Of a DNA stretch of 64,000 nt, positions 39,306-52,555 are shown in pieces. How positions within the stretch are numbered: the first letter of the stretch is position 1; each line of letters begins with the position of its first letter. The notes below the pieces were generated by a model, which had not been told where the DNA came from, searched no databases, and saw nothing but the letters and a program-made list of their open reading frames with translations. The DNA comes from Parasitella parasitica NRRL 2501. Its lineage: Eukaryota > Fungi > Mucoromycota. Both the position numbers and the translations under genes were made by a program. The stretch covers positions 39,381 to 103,380 of the forward strand of contig MU619283.1 of NCBI GenBank assembly GCA_025201805.1, in the 5' to 3' direction.

Positions 39306-40809
39306 TACAGTACAGTGTCTGGAACCTGGAATCTACCAGAAGCTTAATATGAAGCTTAACTTTTGTTAGTAAAATTACCCTCAACCTCAATCCTACCCTG
39401 TACTTTATTTTTTACATGCTTGGCATAAGATCACAAAAAAGGAACTCTTGAGCTGACATTAAGCATTATTATAAGCATCAATGTTAATAGGGTTTCTCTG
39501 TCACTAGAACCTGAAAATCCAGAGTTCCTTTTGAAAAGGTAATTAGCAACTTATGAATTGTTCATAAATAACAAGGAGTTATTGCAGCAAACCATTGTAT
39601 TCACTAATTATCCTTTTCTGGGTTCAACCTGATGAACCACACCTGTTTTATCATATTACTACGAAGAAAGGTATACTTGTGGCATCGAAAATACTTACTT
39701 TATAGAGTTGTGTCATGTACTAGACTTGATATTGACGTGATATCATCTCCAGATAGATGTTTTTTTACAGCTTAAAAGCAAGAACTTTAGCTTCGTGTGC
39801 CATTTTTTGATTGAATTTCATAATCAAAAGTGCCTTGAAAACACCAGAAATAGTATCCGTTGGGAAAAGACTATATTATATATGATTTTGGTGCAATTTG
39901 AGCATGATTTTTTTTTTCGATGCAAAATGACGGATTTTTTCGATTTTTTCCTTGTATCCACACTTGCAGAATCATCGATCACGCATTATCCTCGATTTTG
40001 ACATCAAAAACGCAACTTTCTACTATGGCATATATTAGAGGAAAATGATCGTAAAAGACCATTCCTTGATCTGAAAGACTGAAAATGCGCTCTGATTAAG
40101 CAAAATGTTGACTTTTCCCTCTCAATCTGTTTTCAAGGTTTTCTCTGCAGGATTTCTTCCATAAGCATATTGAAATTATGAAATGATACCATCGTGAAGA
40201 GCGCTCAAGAATACAGCTAATATCATAGACTGATAGCCATTGTATGCATAGTATCAGAGGATGGTATTTTGCCTCAAAGGAGTAATTTTGGTTTCGAATT
40301 GTCCAAATGGAGTTTCTGAAAGAATTTGTTTTTCCTGATTTTGGAAGTGTTTAATCTCCGCTATTAAAGATAAATGGTGTTTTTTTTGAAGAAAACATTA
40401 GCTTTGAGAAGCCATAACTTGCCCAGTTCAAAAGAAAAACAATTGAAACCTAATTTTTTAACTGGTGTGCTTCTTGGCTTTCCAATGGTAGTACTTGCAT
40501 GTCTGTACCTGGCCTGACGATCTCGCGTTCCGATTTTGAAAAATACTTCTCTGAAAAGAAGTCAGAAAAGCCGCAACCTTCATTTGATGTCAACTTAAAA
40601 AGTGCAAAAACTTACTCCAAAGCTATGCAAATATATAATCAAAAGATGCCTTCTAGTCTAATGCATTACTTTGCATTAATTTTTTTGTGCTTTGAGATCG
40701 CTGAAAATTGTTTTCTTACAGTTTTTGCTTTTTTTCTGACAAATAACAACACACTGAAAATCGCTTAGACCAAAAAAAAAAAAAAAAATTAAACCAGGCG
40801 CTAAAGCTT
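39306..40809 (+). repeat. ~1.5-kb dispersed repeat, copy 2 (inverted relative to 17188-18662)
   Basis: Begins TACAGTACAGTG and ends GGCGCTAAAGCTT. Carries an extra ~32 bp at ~39507-39539 that is absent from copy 1. Confidence 0.92.
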
Positions 40810-41407
40810 CTTGCTGGTCAAGAAATTTTTCTCTGCGCTGGTGGTATAGCATATTAGGCGATGTAATCTAACAACAAGATTCTTTGTAAAAAATCAGCCA
40901 TAGATGGTTTTTTTTTCATTTTTCGCGTAAAGCTGCAGCTCTATGAAAAAGAAGAAAAAAAAAGTGTTGTTAGACGTTGGAAAACGACCTAAGTCTTTTA
41001 CGAATTACATGGCAGGTATAAGAATAACAATCAACTGTTCCAGAGCATAGCGTCTTTCGGATACGCTCTTCATGGTGTATTAAATGCAGGCTGGTAACGG
41101 TCCTTCTTGGGTGATTCCAAGAAGAGAACACTTCATTTAAACAGTGCCTTTTGTATATGGCAAAGGGGTTTAATCTGCTTCTTTTCCGTGTATATTAAGG
41201 CAAGGTTGTTATCTTTATATCCCGTTGATAAAGACACAAAGCAATTATAGAAGGTATGGCAGATGATACATTTCTTTTGGCAATAGACATCTTACATGTT
41301 TACTACTTTTATAAATTACATGAGAGGGATTAGAGTAGCCATCAACTATTCCATAGTGTTTTATCACAAGTCTGTCCCACCTAATAACATTGCCCAAAAG
41401 CACCGAA

Positions 41408-41993
41408 ATGGAGGAAGTAATGGACTCCTTGACTGAAACATTTCAAAAGGTAACCATTGCTCCTCCTCAAAAGTATAAAAAGTACGACCGGGATCAGATC
41501 AAACGATTTATTCGGTTGATTCAAGAAGAGGGACTTACAGTACCGAAATCAGCTGAACATTGGGGTTATTCTTCACAGCAGTGCGTACAAGCTTTTAAAC
41601 GAGTTCAATGCTGGCTGTGGATCAGTACTGTCAGGTAGAGTCCAAAAACAAGTCAAGCGTTCCCCAAACAAGCTTTTCCTAGAGCATACAGCATTTTTGA
41701 TCGGCTTATTGACACGAATCCTTCAATCACTCTTGAGGAAGCTAAACAAAATTTAAGTGAGCATTTTGATGGTCTTCAAGTGTCTCTGTCCGGTTTTTTT
41801 AAATCCGATTGAAGAATGTTGGTCCAAAGTCAAGAAAAATATCAGAAGAAATCCTCTTAATAAATCTGACATGCTTACACCACGTATTGCAGAAGTTTGT
41901 AAGTAGGTCACTGTTGCTGACTGTAATGACTGGATAAAACATGCTGAAACTTATTGGGAAAGGTGTCTTCAAAAGGAACTTGGCTTGAAATAA
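41408..41993 (+). mobile_element. Tc1/IS630-family transposase pseudogene, internally deleted
   Basis: N-terminal HTH (YKKYDRDQIKRFIRLIQEEGLTVPKSAEH..SSAYKLL; NPSITLEEAKQNLSEHFDGLQVSLS) fused directly to the C-terminus FLNPIEECWSKVKKNIRRNPL..WIKHAETYWERCL. Frameshifts and an in-frame TAG present. Confidence 0.85.
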
Positions 41994-42099
41994 CCAACAT
42001 CTCAAAAAGCACCTAACAAACAGTAACAAAATACATAAAACAATAGAACAAGTCGTCTCAAATCGTCTAAAAAAAATTAAACATCGTCTAAACTTATCA

Positions 42100-42556
42100 A
42101 ATGTGTCTCATGCTATCGAATGTCCCCATATGCACAGTCGACTGCAAATGCCTCTATCAGTCGATGATCCGCTATCATATTTATTGAATCATCTACCTTC
42201 AAAAAAACCACGGAATCCCCAGTAAGCCTTCCCTTGGCCGGTTCGTTGGCCTGAAATCTGCAGAATCATGCATGAAATGGATCATTTATTTCATGGACAA
42301 GTCCCTCCTTCTACCCCACAAGGTCCTGGTGCCTCTATGGTAAATTGGTTGCTCGTGTAAAAGTGTTAATGTCTCTTTGCTCTGTTCCTAAATCTCTCTA
42401 TTTTTTTTTTTTTCTAAATACTTTTATACTTTTTTCTTTTTCCTTCTTGTCTTTTGGAAGGTTTTTCTTTCATATAAACTACGCGATCTGACTAGGGCAA
42501 TGCAGCAGATGAAAAATGCTCTGTGCCCACAGTCATTTATTTATTTTTATTTAATA
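42100..42556 (+). mobile_element. 5'-truncated non-LTR retrotransposon (LINE) 3' end
   Basis: SHAIECPHMHSRLQMPLSVDDPLSYLLNHLP..*..RWPEICRIMHEMD..NWLLV* resembles the C-terminus of mucoralean LINE RT ORFs. Followed by a T-rich UTR, a hairpin at 42489-42535 and a (TTAT)n-like tail. Confidence 0.7.
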
Positions 42557-43130
42557 AAATTCTTCTTTGATCGTACAAGCGTATTCTCCTACTTAAAGCT
42601 ATGTTACACACAACTTTGCGCCCATTAAAAAATACCAGGATAAAGCTTCTACAAAGCTTAAAAAGTTGAAAACACTCAAAAATAAACGAACCCAAAGTAA
42701 ACAGTTTATTAACTACTTGTGACAATCAGAACATTATTAAAATCAAGCAAAAAGGTACAATTCTCAACTTTGAAACACTGTTTTTTTATGATATGACAGC
42801 TATGGAGTTCATCCCAAAATAAAAATGCCAATTTACCTCCGTCATAGGTACTGTATGTGCGTATAATTTAAGCATGTGCACAAACAAACATGTGAAATTA
42901 CGTAATTGGTAAATGTATCTAATACAGTCAACCGTTTTGATCATCCCTACCAAGTCTATCAACAGTGAAGAATTAGGTACCGCTTAAATCTACGTTTTGG
43001 GCATACAAGTCATTTTTATTTTCTCTTAACAAAATAATTTCCTTGAATGAATCTCATAACTTGCAAAGCAAAGAATCAACAATGTATAAAATAAAATACT
43101 TTAGTTTTTGTAAATGATAGCAATATGTCT

Positions 43131-43361
43131 TTAGGTTCTCAGCTTTGCTTTTAGATTCAATAAATAGAATATCATCTTTGGTGTGTCTATCCTTGTTAAT
43201 GCTGGCTCGGCTTGATTCAGCTCTAACAGAAGTTTGCTCTTGATAATATAGCCTTTAATTTTTTTCACAACTTTTCCTGGTACCTTGTCATCTCTATCAA
43301 TATCATCTTCGATTCTTCTTTTTATGTTTTCTAATAACAGCTTCATCGATTCTACAGACAT
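43131..43361 (-). other. Short charged helical ORF (76 aa) inside the TE island; possible TE-derived fragment
   Basis: ORF track only; no motif recognised. Confidence 0.25.
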
Positions 43362-43516
43362 ATTTTTTTGGGTCTGATTCCTTCAAATTGATAGACTAGA
43401 AAGTAAAAGACACAGCATTACTAGTAAAAAACCATACCCTATAGCTATCATTGGGTCTATTGGAGACTTGTCAAATGTATTGCATTAGAGAATTTGATGA
43501 TACCGAATAGCATTCC

Positions 43517-43750
43517 TCAAACTTCAGAGCTATCTTTCTTTTTCTCTATACGGCCTTCGGTGTGCCAGGCATCCAAAATATTTCTGACAGTCGATGGGTT
43601 TTGCCCATATCTTTGAGCAGCTTCCGACTGACTGATAGCTCCTTCTATGCCATCTTGCTCAAAAATAACCTTTCTAATGTTAATCGGGATATCTCTGCGG
43701 GGGGGGGGAGGGTGGTTTTTTTTGTATTCATTCGATAAAATACGAGACAT
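43517..43750 (-). mobile_element. Isolated helix-turn-helix fragment of a Tc1-like transposase
   Basis: ISQSEAAQRYGQNPSTVRNILDAWHTEGRIEKKK is a typical transposase N-terminal HTH. No catalytic domain follows. Confidence 0.55.
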
Positions 43751-44434
43751 ATTTAAAAAATGTGATTAGGTGATCATGAGAAATGTATAAAGGAAACTGT
43801 TCTCTCAATTAATATGGGCACGGTATGCTACGATAATGACTCGATAGTTACGATGGTTAAATAAACGTTTTTCATAATCTGGTATATGCATGTGAAGACC
43901 AAGATTCACACCAGATTTGGAGCTTACACAATCATCACGATTAATAAATATGCTGCATGTTGCACCAGCAGATTACTAGTGCACTAGGTGACCTATAAAA
44001 TTAATTGTGTCTGATTTTGATGTAACATATTTCTGATCTACTGGTCCAATTGAAACATGGTATTTGCTTATGACACAGAAAAATCCGAGCTTGCAGGTGC
44101 CTATGTGGAGCCAAAAAATATACCTCTATTCCAAGATAGAGTCTATTAGGGTTTGTTGCCATATATGCTGAAAAGGGCATTCAAATTAGATAAACGAATG
44201 AGATTACTTTTAACAATCGGTCATATTCTCATACTATGTCATGTAAAACATAAATATATGCCTGCGGATGTCTCCTATGAGTATGTGTAGCGTAGTTACA
44301 TGTAAAAGCACCCTAAAGTTTAAGAGTATGTACTGTAACATCATATTGCTTGCCCTTTGGTTAGAGTTCGGTGCAACTCCTATGATTACGGAAGAAATAA
44401 TAACATAACGTGCACCCCATCATTGATTCCCGAC

Positions 44435-45265
44435 CTTATCCGAATACCAAATACTGCAAAAGAAAAAAAAAAAAGAGAGAATTTGAAGATAAGCTAAATG
44501 GAGATTTTTCCAATTGATAGAGATCCAAAACTAGCACTTGATTGGATGGGTCCATCTCTTTGTGTTTGCATTTTTTTTCCATGAAATGACATGAATACGC
44601 TATCAAATGCTGAATACAATGGCAAATGTGCTGTACAGCTCGTGCATGTTGGTTATAGAAGAGAGGCAGAGTAGAAGCCAAAGAGACTGGATGCGCAAAT
44701 GGCAATCAGCTTTTTATTTATTTTAGATGGGAAAAGCAACCCGTTATCTTATCACTCCACTCTCTTGTTGCCGGAACCACCACAGAAGCCCTGAACACCA
44801 TGCAAAAATGGACATATCTTGTTCGCAATCTAAACGGTGCCATCTATTATCCGTCAGATCATGTATCAAGTTGTTTCATCCCCCCCTCCCTCAGCCATCA
44901 GCACTAGAACCAATCCCAAAACGAGAATAGAAGGGCATCCACTCTCACATGAATCAACTTTGGACGCTGAGCATGTGACCCTGTTCTCTTTTTCCAAAGA
45001 TCAAAATTGGATGTTAGCTTGACGTTACACCTCGACAGCGAATCATTGGTCCTTGGAATAACAGATAAGAAATGCCTGTTGGAGCTGATCTCTAGCTTTG
45101 GAAGAAGAAAAAAAAAAAAAAAAAAATTTGTAATGTCAAACCAGTTTGAATCTGAATTACAAAATGAGGCACATGGTCTCAAGTGTCGCGCCAATTCTTG
45201 TATAACTGGCTGGGCATAATGGCTATATTTAGAAAAAAAAAAAAAAAAAAAAAAAGTATATAAAT
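44435..45265 (+). promoter_or_regulatory. GLT1 promoter with clustered GATA(A/G) sites and a TATA box
   Basis: CTTATC 44435, GATAAG 44488, GTTATCTTATC 44743-44753, GATAAG 45064, TATATAAA at 45257. Consistent with AreA/Gln3-type nitrogen regulation. Confidence 0.45.
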
Positions 45266-45526
45266 CCATCGCACATTCCTTTTTCCAGATTTTGTTCTGT
45301 TTTTTCTTTTTTCCACCAATTCCTTATATTTAATCAGTTTTGTAATTTTGAGCTTTTCTTCGATTTAACCCCCCCTCTAACGAAGAAGAAAGACAATCTT
45401 ATAAACCAACGACCACGCCAATAGAAAACCATTACAACTCGAGAATTGGATACAAACAATACACAGCACAACAGTCCAAGCGTCAAATACCCTCCCCCCC
45501 ACCTCTATTAATCTATTGTAATTTAA

Positions 45527-48500
45527 ATGTCTCCTATTGAATTGGAAAACACTTCATGGGCCGGTGCAATTCCTCCTGCCCAAGGTCTGTATAACCCTGA
45601 ATTGGAAAAGGACGCCTGTGGTGTCGGCTTCATGGTTCATGTCAAGGGCAAGCGCTCTCACAAAATTTTGTCTGAAGCCAGCCATATCCTTTGCAACATG
45701 ACGCATCGTGGTGCCAGCGGTGCTGATATCAGAGATGGCGATGGTGCTGGCGTCATGCTCTCTATTCCACATCAGTTCTTTGTCAATGAGACTTCCCGCG
45801 AGTTGGGCATAACGCTGCCTGCTGAAGGCCAATACGCTGCCGGTAATCTTTTCATGAAGGGCGACCCTGAATCCGTCGCTGAAACCAAAAAGGTCTTTGA
45901 GCAACTTGCCGAAGCATTGCATTTAAAGGTTCTTGGCTGGCGTTCTGTCCCCAGAGACTCCACCATCATTGGCCCCGCTGCAAGATCAAAGGAGCCTGCA
46001 ATTGAGCAGCCCTTTGTCGTGTTGGCCGATCAGTCCAAGCCCTTTGACGAGGCTTACTTTGAGCGCCAGCTCTATGTCCTGCGCAAGCACTCTACCCACA
46101 CTCTCACCATGAAGAAATGGTTCTATGTGTGCTCTCTCTCCAATAAGAACATTGTATACAAGGGACAGCTCACTCCCAAGCAGGTGTACATGTATTTCCA
46201 CGATCTGAATAACGTCCAGGTTACAACCCACTTTGCTCTCGTCCACTCTCGCTTCTCTACAAACACCTTTCCTTCCTGGGACCGTGCACAACCTATGCGT
46301 TGGTGTGCTCACAATGGTAATTTTTTCGTTTCTGATTATGTAATGCAATTTTTTCTAGTTTGGACTTTTATTTTTAACGCTATTTCCTCTTGTAGGCGAA
46401 ATCAATACTGTCCGTGGCAATAAGAACTGGATGCGCTCCCGTGAAGGCGTGATGGCATCTGACAAATTTGGAGACGAACTGGAGCTGCTCTATCCCATCA
46501 TCGAAGAGGGCGGTTCTGACTCTGCTGCCTTTGACAATGTACTGGAGCTGCTGGTCATTAATGGCGTATTAACCATGCCCGAGGCTGTCATGATGATGAT
46601 TCCCGAAGCCTGGCAAAGCAACGACCAAATGAGCCCTGAAATGAAGGCCTTTTACAAGTGGGCTGCGTCTCTGATGGAGCCTTGGGATGGTCCTGCTCTT
46701 TTCACGTTTGCTGATGGTCGTTACTGCGGTGCCAATCTCGATCGCAACGGTCTTCGTCCCTGTCGCTACTATTTGACTTCAGATGATATCATGATCTGCG
46801 CCTCTGAAGTGGGTACAGTCTTCATCGACCCCGAGACCATTGTTGAAAAGGGTCGTCTCAAGCCTGGTCGTATGCTCTTGGTCGACACTGTGGAAGGTAA
46901 AATTGTCGATGATAAGCAGCTCAAGTTGCAGACTGCTGCCAAGCGTAACTTTATGGATTGGGTCATGAAGCAAAACATCGAGCTGAGCAATATCGTTGAA
47001 AAGGCCAATGCCGTGAAGCCTTTCTCTGCTGATTTGGACGACACCTCTGTCCAGACTGATCCCCGTCTCAAGGCCTTTGGTTACACTCTTGAGCAACTGA
47101 ATCTGATCATGGTCCCCATGGCTTCTACCGGTAAAGAGCCCTTGGGTTCTATGGGTAACGACACTGCTCTCGCCTGTCTTGCTGAACAACCTCGTCTTAT
47201 CTACGAATACTTTCGCGAGCTGTTTGCTCAAGTCACCAACCCTCCTATCGATCCTATCCGTGAAGAAATCGTCATGTCTTTGCAGTGCTATGTTGGCCCT
47301 GAAGGCAATATTCTTGAGATTGACGAAAACCAATGTCACCAGTTGGCCCTCTCTTCTCCCATTTTGTCTATGGAGGAGCTCTCTGCCATCAAAAACATGG
47401 ATCAATTCTACCCTTCGTGGAAAGTGGCTACCATTGATATTACTTTTTCCAAATCTGAAGGCGTGCAAGGCTACGTTGATACTTTGGAGCGCGTTTGTAA
47501 CGAAGTGTCCCAAGCTATCAAGGACAAGTACAAGGTGGTTGTTCTCTCTGACCGAGCTGTCAATGCCGATCGCGTTGCCATCTCATCTCTGATCGCTGCT
47601 GGCGGTGTTCACCACTACCTGGTCCGTAACAAGGAACGCAGCCGTATTGCGCTCATGGTCGAAACTGCTGAAGCCAGAGAAGTCCACCACTTTTGTGTCC
47701 TCCTCGGTTACGGTGTCGATGCCGTTTGTCCATATCTGTCTTTGGAGGCCATGATGAAGCTTCATCGTGAAAGAGCCGTGCACGAAGGCTTGACCCCTGA
47801 AAAGTTGATCTATAACTTCAAGAAGGGTATCGACAATGGTATCCACAAGGTCATGTCCAAGATGGGTATTTCTACTCTGGCTTCGTATAAGGGTGCTCAA
47901 ATCTTTGAAGCTCTCGGTGTTGACGATTCTGTCATTTCTCGCTGTTTCTCTGGTACCGCATCTCGCATTAAGGGTGTCACTTTTGACATCTTTGCCTTGG
48001 ATGCTTTGACTCTTCACGAAACTGGCTACCCTACCCGTAATATTGTCCAGCCTATCGGTCTTCCCGAATCTGGCGAATACCACTGGCGCGATGGCGGTGC
48101 TCCTCACATTGCTGAGCCTACTGGCATTGCCAACCTTCAAGATGCTGTCCGTAGAAAGAACCAGACTTCTTACGATGCCTACTCTCGCAACGCATACGAA
48201 GCCATCAAGAAATGCACTCTTCGTGGTATGCTCGACTTTGATTATGAAAACTCCAAAGAGATTCCTATCGAGCAGGTCGAATCCTGGGATAACATTGTCA
48301 AGCGTTTTGTAACTGGCGCCATGTCTTATGGTTCCATCTCCATGGAAGCACACTCATCGTTAGCTGTTGCTATGAACAAGCTTGGCGGCAAATCCAACAC
48401 TGGTGAAGGCGGTGAAAAGCCTGAACGCTCTCTTCCTCTTGAGAACGGTGATTCTATGCGCTCTGCTATCAAGCAAGTTGCCTCTGGTCGTTTTGGTGTC

Positions 48501-51500
48501 ACTAGCTTCTATCTCTCTGACTCTGAGGAATTGCAAATCAAGATGGCTCAAGGTGCCAAGCCTGGTGAGGGTGGTGAATTGGCCGGTGGTAAGGTCTCTG
48601 AAGAAATTGCGTCTACTCGTAAAACCACTCCTGGTATTGGCTTGATTTCTCCTCCTCCTCATCATGACATCTACTCTATTGAAGATCTCAAGCAATTGAT
48701 CTATGACCTCAAATGTGCTAATCCTCGCTCCCGTGTGTCTGTCAAGCTTGTGTCTGAGGTTGGTGTCGGTATCGTTGCTGCTGGTGTTGCCAAGGCCAGA
48801 GCTGACCACATCTTGATTTCTGGTCATGACGGTGGCACTGGTGCTTCTCGCTGGACTGGTATCAAGTACGCCGGTCTTCCTTGGGAACTGGGTCTTGCAG
48901 AGTCACACCAAACTTTGGTTCTTAACGATCTGCGTGGCCGTGTTATTGTTCAAACCGACGGTCAACTCAAGACTGGCCGTGATATTGCCATTGCCTGTTT
49001 GCTTGGTGCTGAAGAATGGGGCTTTGCTACTACTCCTCTTATTGCTCTAGGCTGTACCATGATGAGAAAGTGTCATTTGGTAAGCAAAAGTATATTCCAT
49101 TGTAACGTTTACATGAGTTATTAACAGTGTGTGTATCTAGAATACTTGCCCTGTAGGTATTGCTACCCAAGATCCCGAGTTGCGCAAAAAGTTTGAAGGC
49201 TCTCCTGAGCATGTTGTCAACTTTTTCTACTATCTCGCTGAAGAGATGCGTAGCTACATGGCCAAGCTTGGTTTCCGCACTGTCAATGAGATGGTCGGTC
49301 ATGCTGAAAAGCTCAAGGTGAACGAATCTCTCCGCACCTACAAGACCGCCAATTTGGACTTGTCTCCCATCTTGACTCCTGCCTCTACACTGCGTCCTGG
49401 CGTCTCCAACGTTTGTGTCACCAAGCAAAAGCACAACCTTCATGTTCGCCTTGACAACTATCTCATCGAAGAAGCCGAGCCTGCTCTCTCTAACAAGGAG
49501 AAGGTTCGTATTGAAGCTGATGTTATCAACACCGACCGTGCCCTTGGTACCACTCTTTCTTACCACGTTTCCAAGCGCCACGGTGAGGCTGGCCTGCCTG
49601 CTGATACTATCCATGTCAAGTTGAGGGGCTCTGCTGGTCAATCTCTCGGCGCTTTCTTGGCCCCTGGTGTCTTTTTCGAACTTGAGGGTGATTCCAATGA
49701 CTATGTTGGCAAGGGTCTTTCTGGTGGTCAAATCGCCATCTATCCTCCCAAGTGCTCCGTCTTCAAGTCTGAGGAAAACGTCATTGTTGGTAACGTTTGT
49801 CTCTATGGTGCTACTAGTGGCAAGGCCTTCTTCCGTGGTATTGCTGCTGAGCGTTTCTGTGTGCGTAATTCTGGCGCTTATGCCGTCTGTGAAGGTGTTG
49901 GCGACCATGGTTGTGAGTACATGACTGGCGGTCGTGTTGTCATTTTGGGTACTACAGGCCGTAACTTTGCTGCTGGTATGTCTGGTGGTATTACCTACGT
50001 CTTGGACGTCAATGGTGATTTCAAGAAGAACGTCAACATGGAAATGGTTGAACTTGAGACTGTCAACGACGATGAACGTGTTGCCGAGCTGCGTGATTTG
50101 ATCGAAGACCATCGCCACTACACCGGCTCTGAAATTGCCGACCGTGTCCTCAAGAACTTTAACGAGTACTTGCCCAAGTTTGTCATGGTCATGCCTACTG
50201 AATATCGTGCTCTTTTGGAAAAGCAGCGTGCTGAAAAGCTCGCCGCTGCCACTCCTGCTCAGAAGGAATGCACCAAGGTTCACACAAAGACGGAGCCTCA
50301 GCTGGAAGATCTCGAAGACAGCGTATTGGGTGAAGAAGCCATCTTGGCCCGTCGTGCTAAACTGGACAAAGTCCGTGGTTTCATAAAGTACAAGCGCAAG
50401 ACTGACAGCTACCGTAACTCCAAGAAGCGTATTGGCGATTGGGATGAAATTAACAATCGTTTGACCCGCTCTGAGCTCCATGAACAAGCTGCTCGCTGCA
50501 TGGACTGCGGTGTTCCTTTCTGCCAATCTGACACTGGCTGTCCTATTGGTAACATTATCCCCAAGTGGAATGAACTCATTTTCAAGGATAACTGGAGAGA
50601 AGCTCTTGATCGTCTCATGATGACCAACAATTTCCCTGAATTCACTGGTCGTGTTTGGTAAGTAACTTGACTTTTTTGATCTGAAAAGCATTGATTCAGA
50701 GGTATTGTCGTTTGACATCTTGTTGATAACCTTGATCTTTTTTTTTCACTTGCTTTTATGAAACCGTTGCTAATTTGCCATGTTTGTTCTTTATAGTCCT
50801 CAGCCCTGTGAAAATGCTTGTGTTGTTGGTAAGTGACCCACTAAAGGTTTGATTGTGTAATCAAATACTAATATGAATTTTGCTCACAGGCATTAGCGAG
50901 CCTCCTGTTGCTATTAAAAGCATCGAGTGTGCCATTATCGACCGTGGTTTCGATGAAGGATGGATTGTACCTAACCCTCCTGCTAGCCGCACTGGCAAGA
51001 AGGTTGCTGTAATTGGCTCTGGTCCTGCCGGTCTTGCTGCTGCTGATCAACTCAACAAAGCTGGCCATCTTGTTACTATCTACGAGCGTAACGATCGCAT
51101 TGGTGGTCTTTTGATGTATGGCATTCCCAACATGAAATTGGACAAGAAGGTTGTGCAGCGTCGTATCGATCTTTTAGCTGCTGAAGGCATTTCATTCGTT
51201 ACCAATGCTCATATTGGTGCTGACGTTGATGCCAACAAGATTCGTCAAGAAAACGATGCATTGATTGTTGCCACTGGCGCTACTTGGCCCAGAGACCTCA
51301 AGATTCCTGGTCGTGAAGCCGACGGTATTCATTTTGCCATGGACTTTTTGCAAGCCAACACCAAGAGCTTGCTTGACTCGGGTCTGACTGATGGCCACTA
51401 CTTGTCTGCAAAGGACAAGAACGTGATTGTCATTGGTGGTGGCGACACTGGTAACGATTGTATCGGCACGTCTGTCCGTCATGGTTGCAAGTCTGTCATC

Positions 51501-52067
51501 AACTTTGAGCTTCTTCCTCAACCTCCCAGCACTCGTGCTACCGACAACGCATGGCCTCAATACGCTCGTGTCTTCCGCGTTGACTATGGCCATTCAGAGG
51601 TTCAATCTCACTTTGGCAAAGATCCTCGCGAGTACTCTATCCTTTCCAAGGAATTCATTACTGAGGACGGTGTTGTCAAGGGTATCAAGACTGTCCGTGT
51701 AGAATGGACCAAGGACGACGCTGGTCGCTGGGCTATGGCTGAAGTTGCCGGTTCCGAGCAAACGTTCGAAGCTGACCTTGTTCTCCTTTCTATGGGTTTC
51801 TTGGGCCCTGAAAATGCCATCATCAAGCAACTGGAAGTCAAGCAAGATGGTCGATCCAACATTGAGACACCCAAGGGCAAATACGTTACGTCTGTTACTG
51901 GTGTTTACGCTGCCGGTGATTGCCGCCGTGGTCAATCTTTGATTGTCTGGGGCATCAACGAAGGCCGTATGTGTGCACGCGAGGTCGATTACAACTTGAT
52001 GGGCGATACTTATTTGCCTGTTACTGGTGGTATCCAACAACGCATCCTTCCCGGTCTTTCTGCCTAA
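45527..52067 (+). CDS. GLT1: NADH-dependent glutamate synthase (GOGAT), fused alpha+beta, 5 exons
   Basis: EKDACGVGF (Ntn Cys), [41 protein letters not shown] domain, [40 protein letters not shown]. Introns ~46317-46395, 49080-49140, 50658-50796, 50829-50889. Confidence 0.98.
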
Positions 52068-52555
52068 GCTACAAGATCGTACTTTATTCCTAAAACTGTA
52101 CAAAATTTATAACGCTATCTGTTGACCCAAGATCTGGTTTCATCTTTATTTTTATATATACATATACATATGCTTGTGTTTCGGCTGCTTTTTGTATTGT
52201 GATTCATTGCGTATGGGGGTACATGATGAATTGTTTTCAAGCAATGCTTTTGTAATTATAGCTTACCTTTACACTACAACCAATAAAGTCTCTGGATTAT
52301 TTAACCACAATCATCATCTTGGAAATCTGTTCTATTGAGCATTGGCAATACTAAACAAGTGTATAAGAGCCCCTTTTTTTTTTTTTTTTTTTTTTTCATT
52401 ATAGGCTCGTATAATTTTTCTATGTTTCAAAACAAATGCCATGAAGATCTCTTTTGATCACTGGCTTTGAAACGATCGGGTGGTGCATCTGGTGTCACAC
52501 TGAACATGCCATTGACTTGCTAACTTGATATTTTTTTTTTTTTTCTTTACAAAAC

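Noticed and set aside
46769-52103. Long antisense ORFs over GLT1 (up to 559 aa at 49039-50718)
   Set aside because: Expected shadow of strong codon bias in a highly expressed gene. No motifs, and they are confined to the GLT1 locus.
52430-52555. Possible TPP riboswitch upstream of or within THI6
   Set aside because: The conserved CTGAGA and GAACYTGAT...TAAT...GCG core elements are not present in the leader or in either intron.
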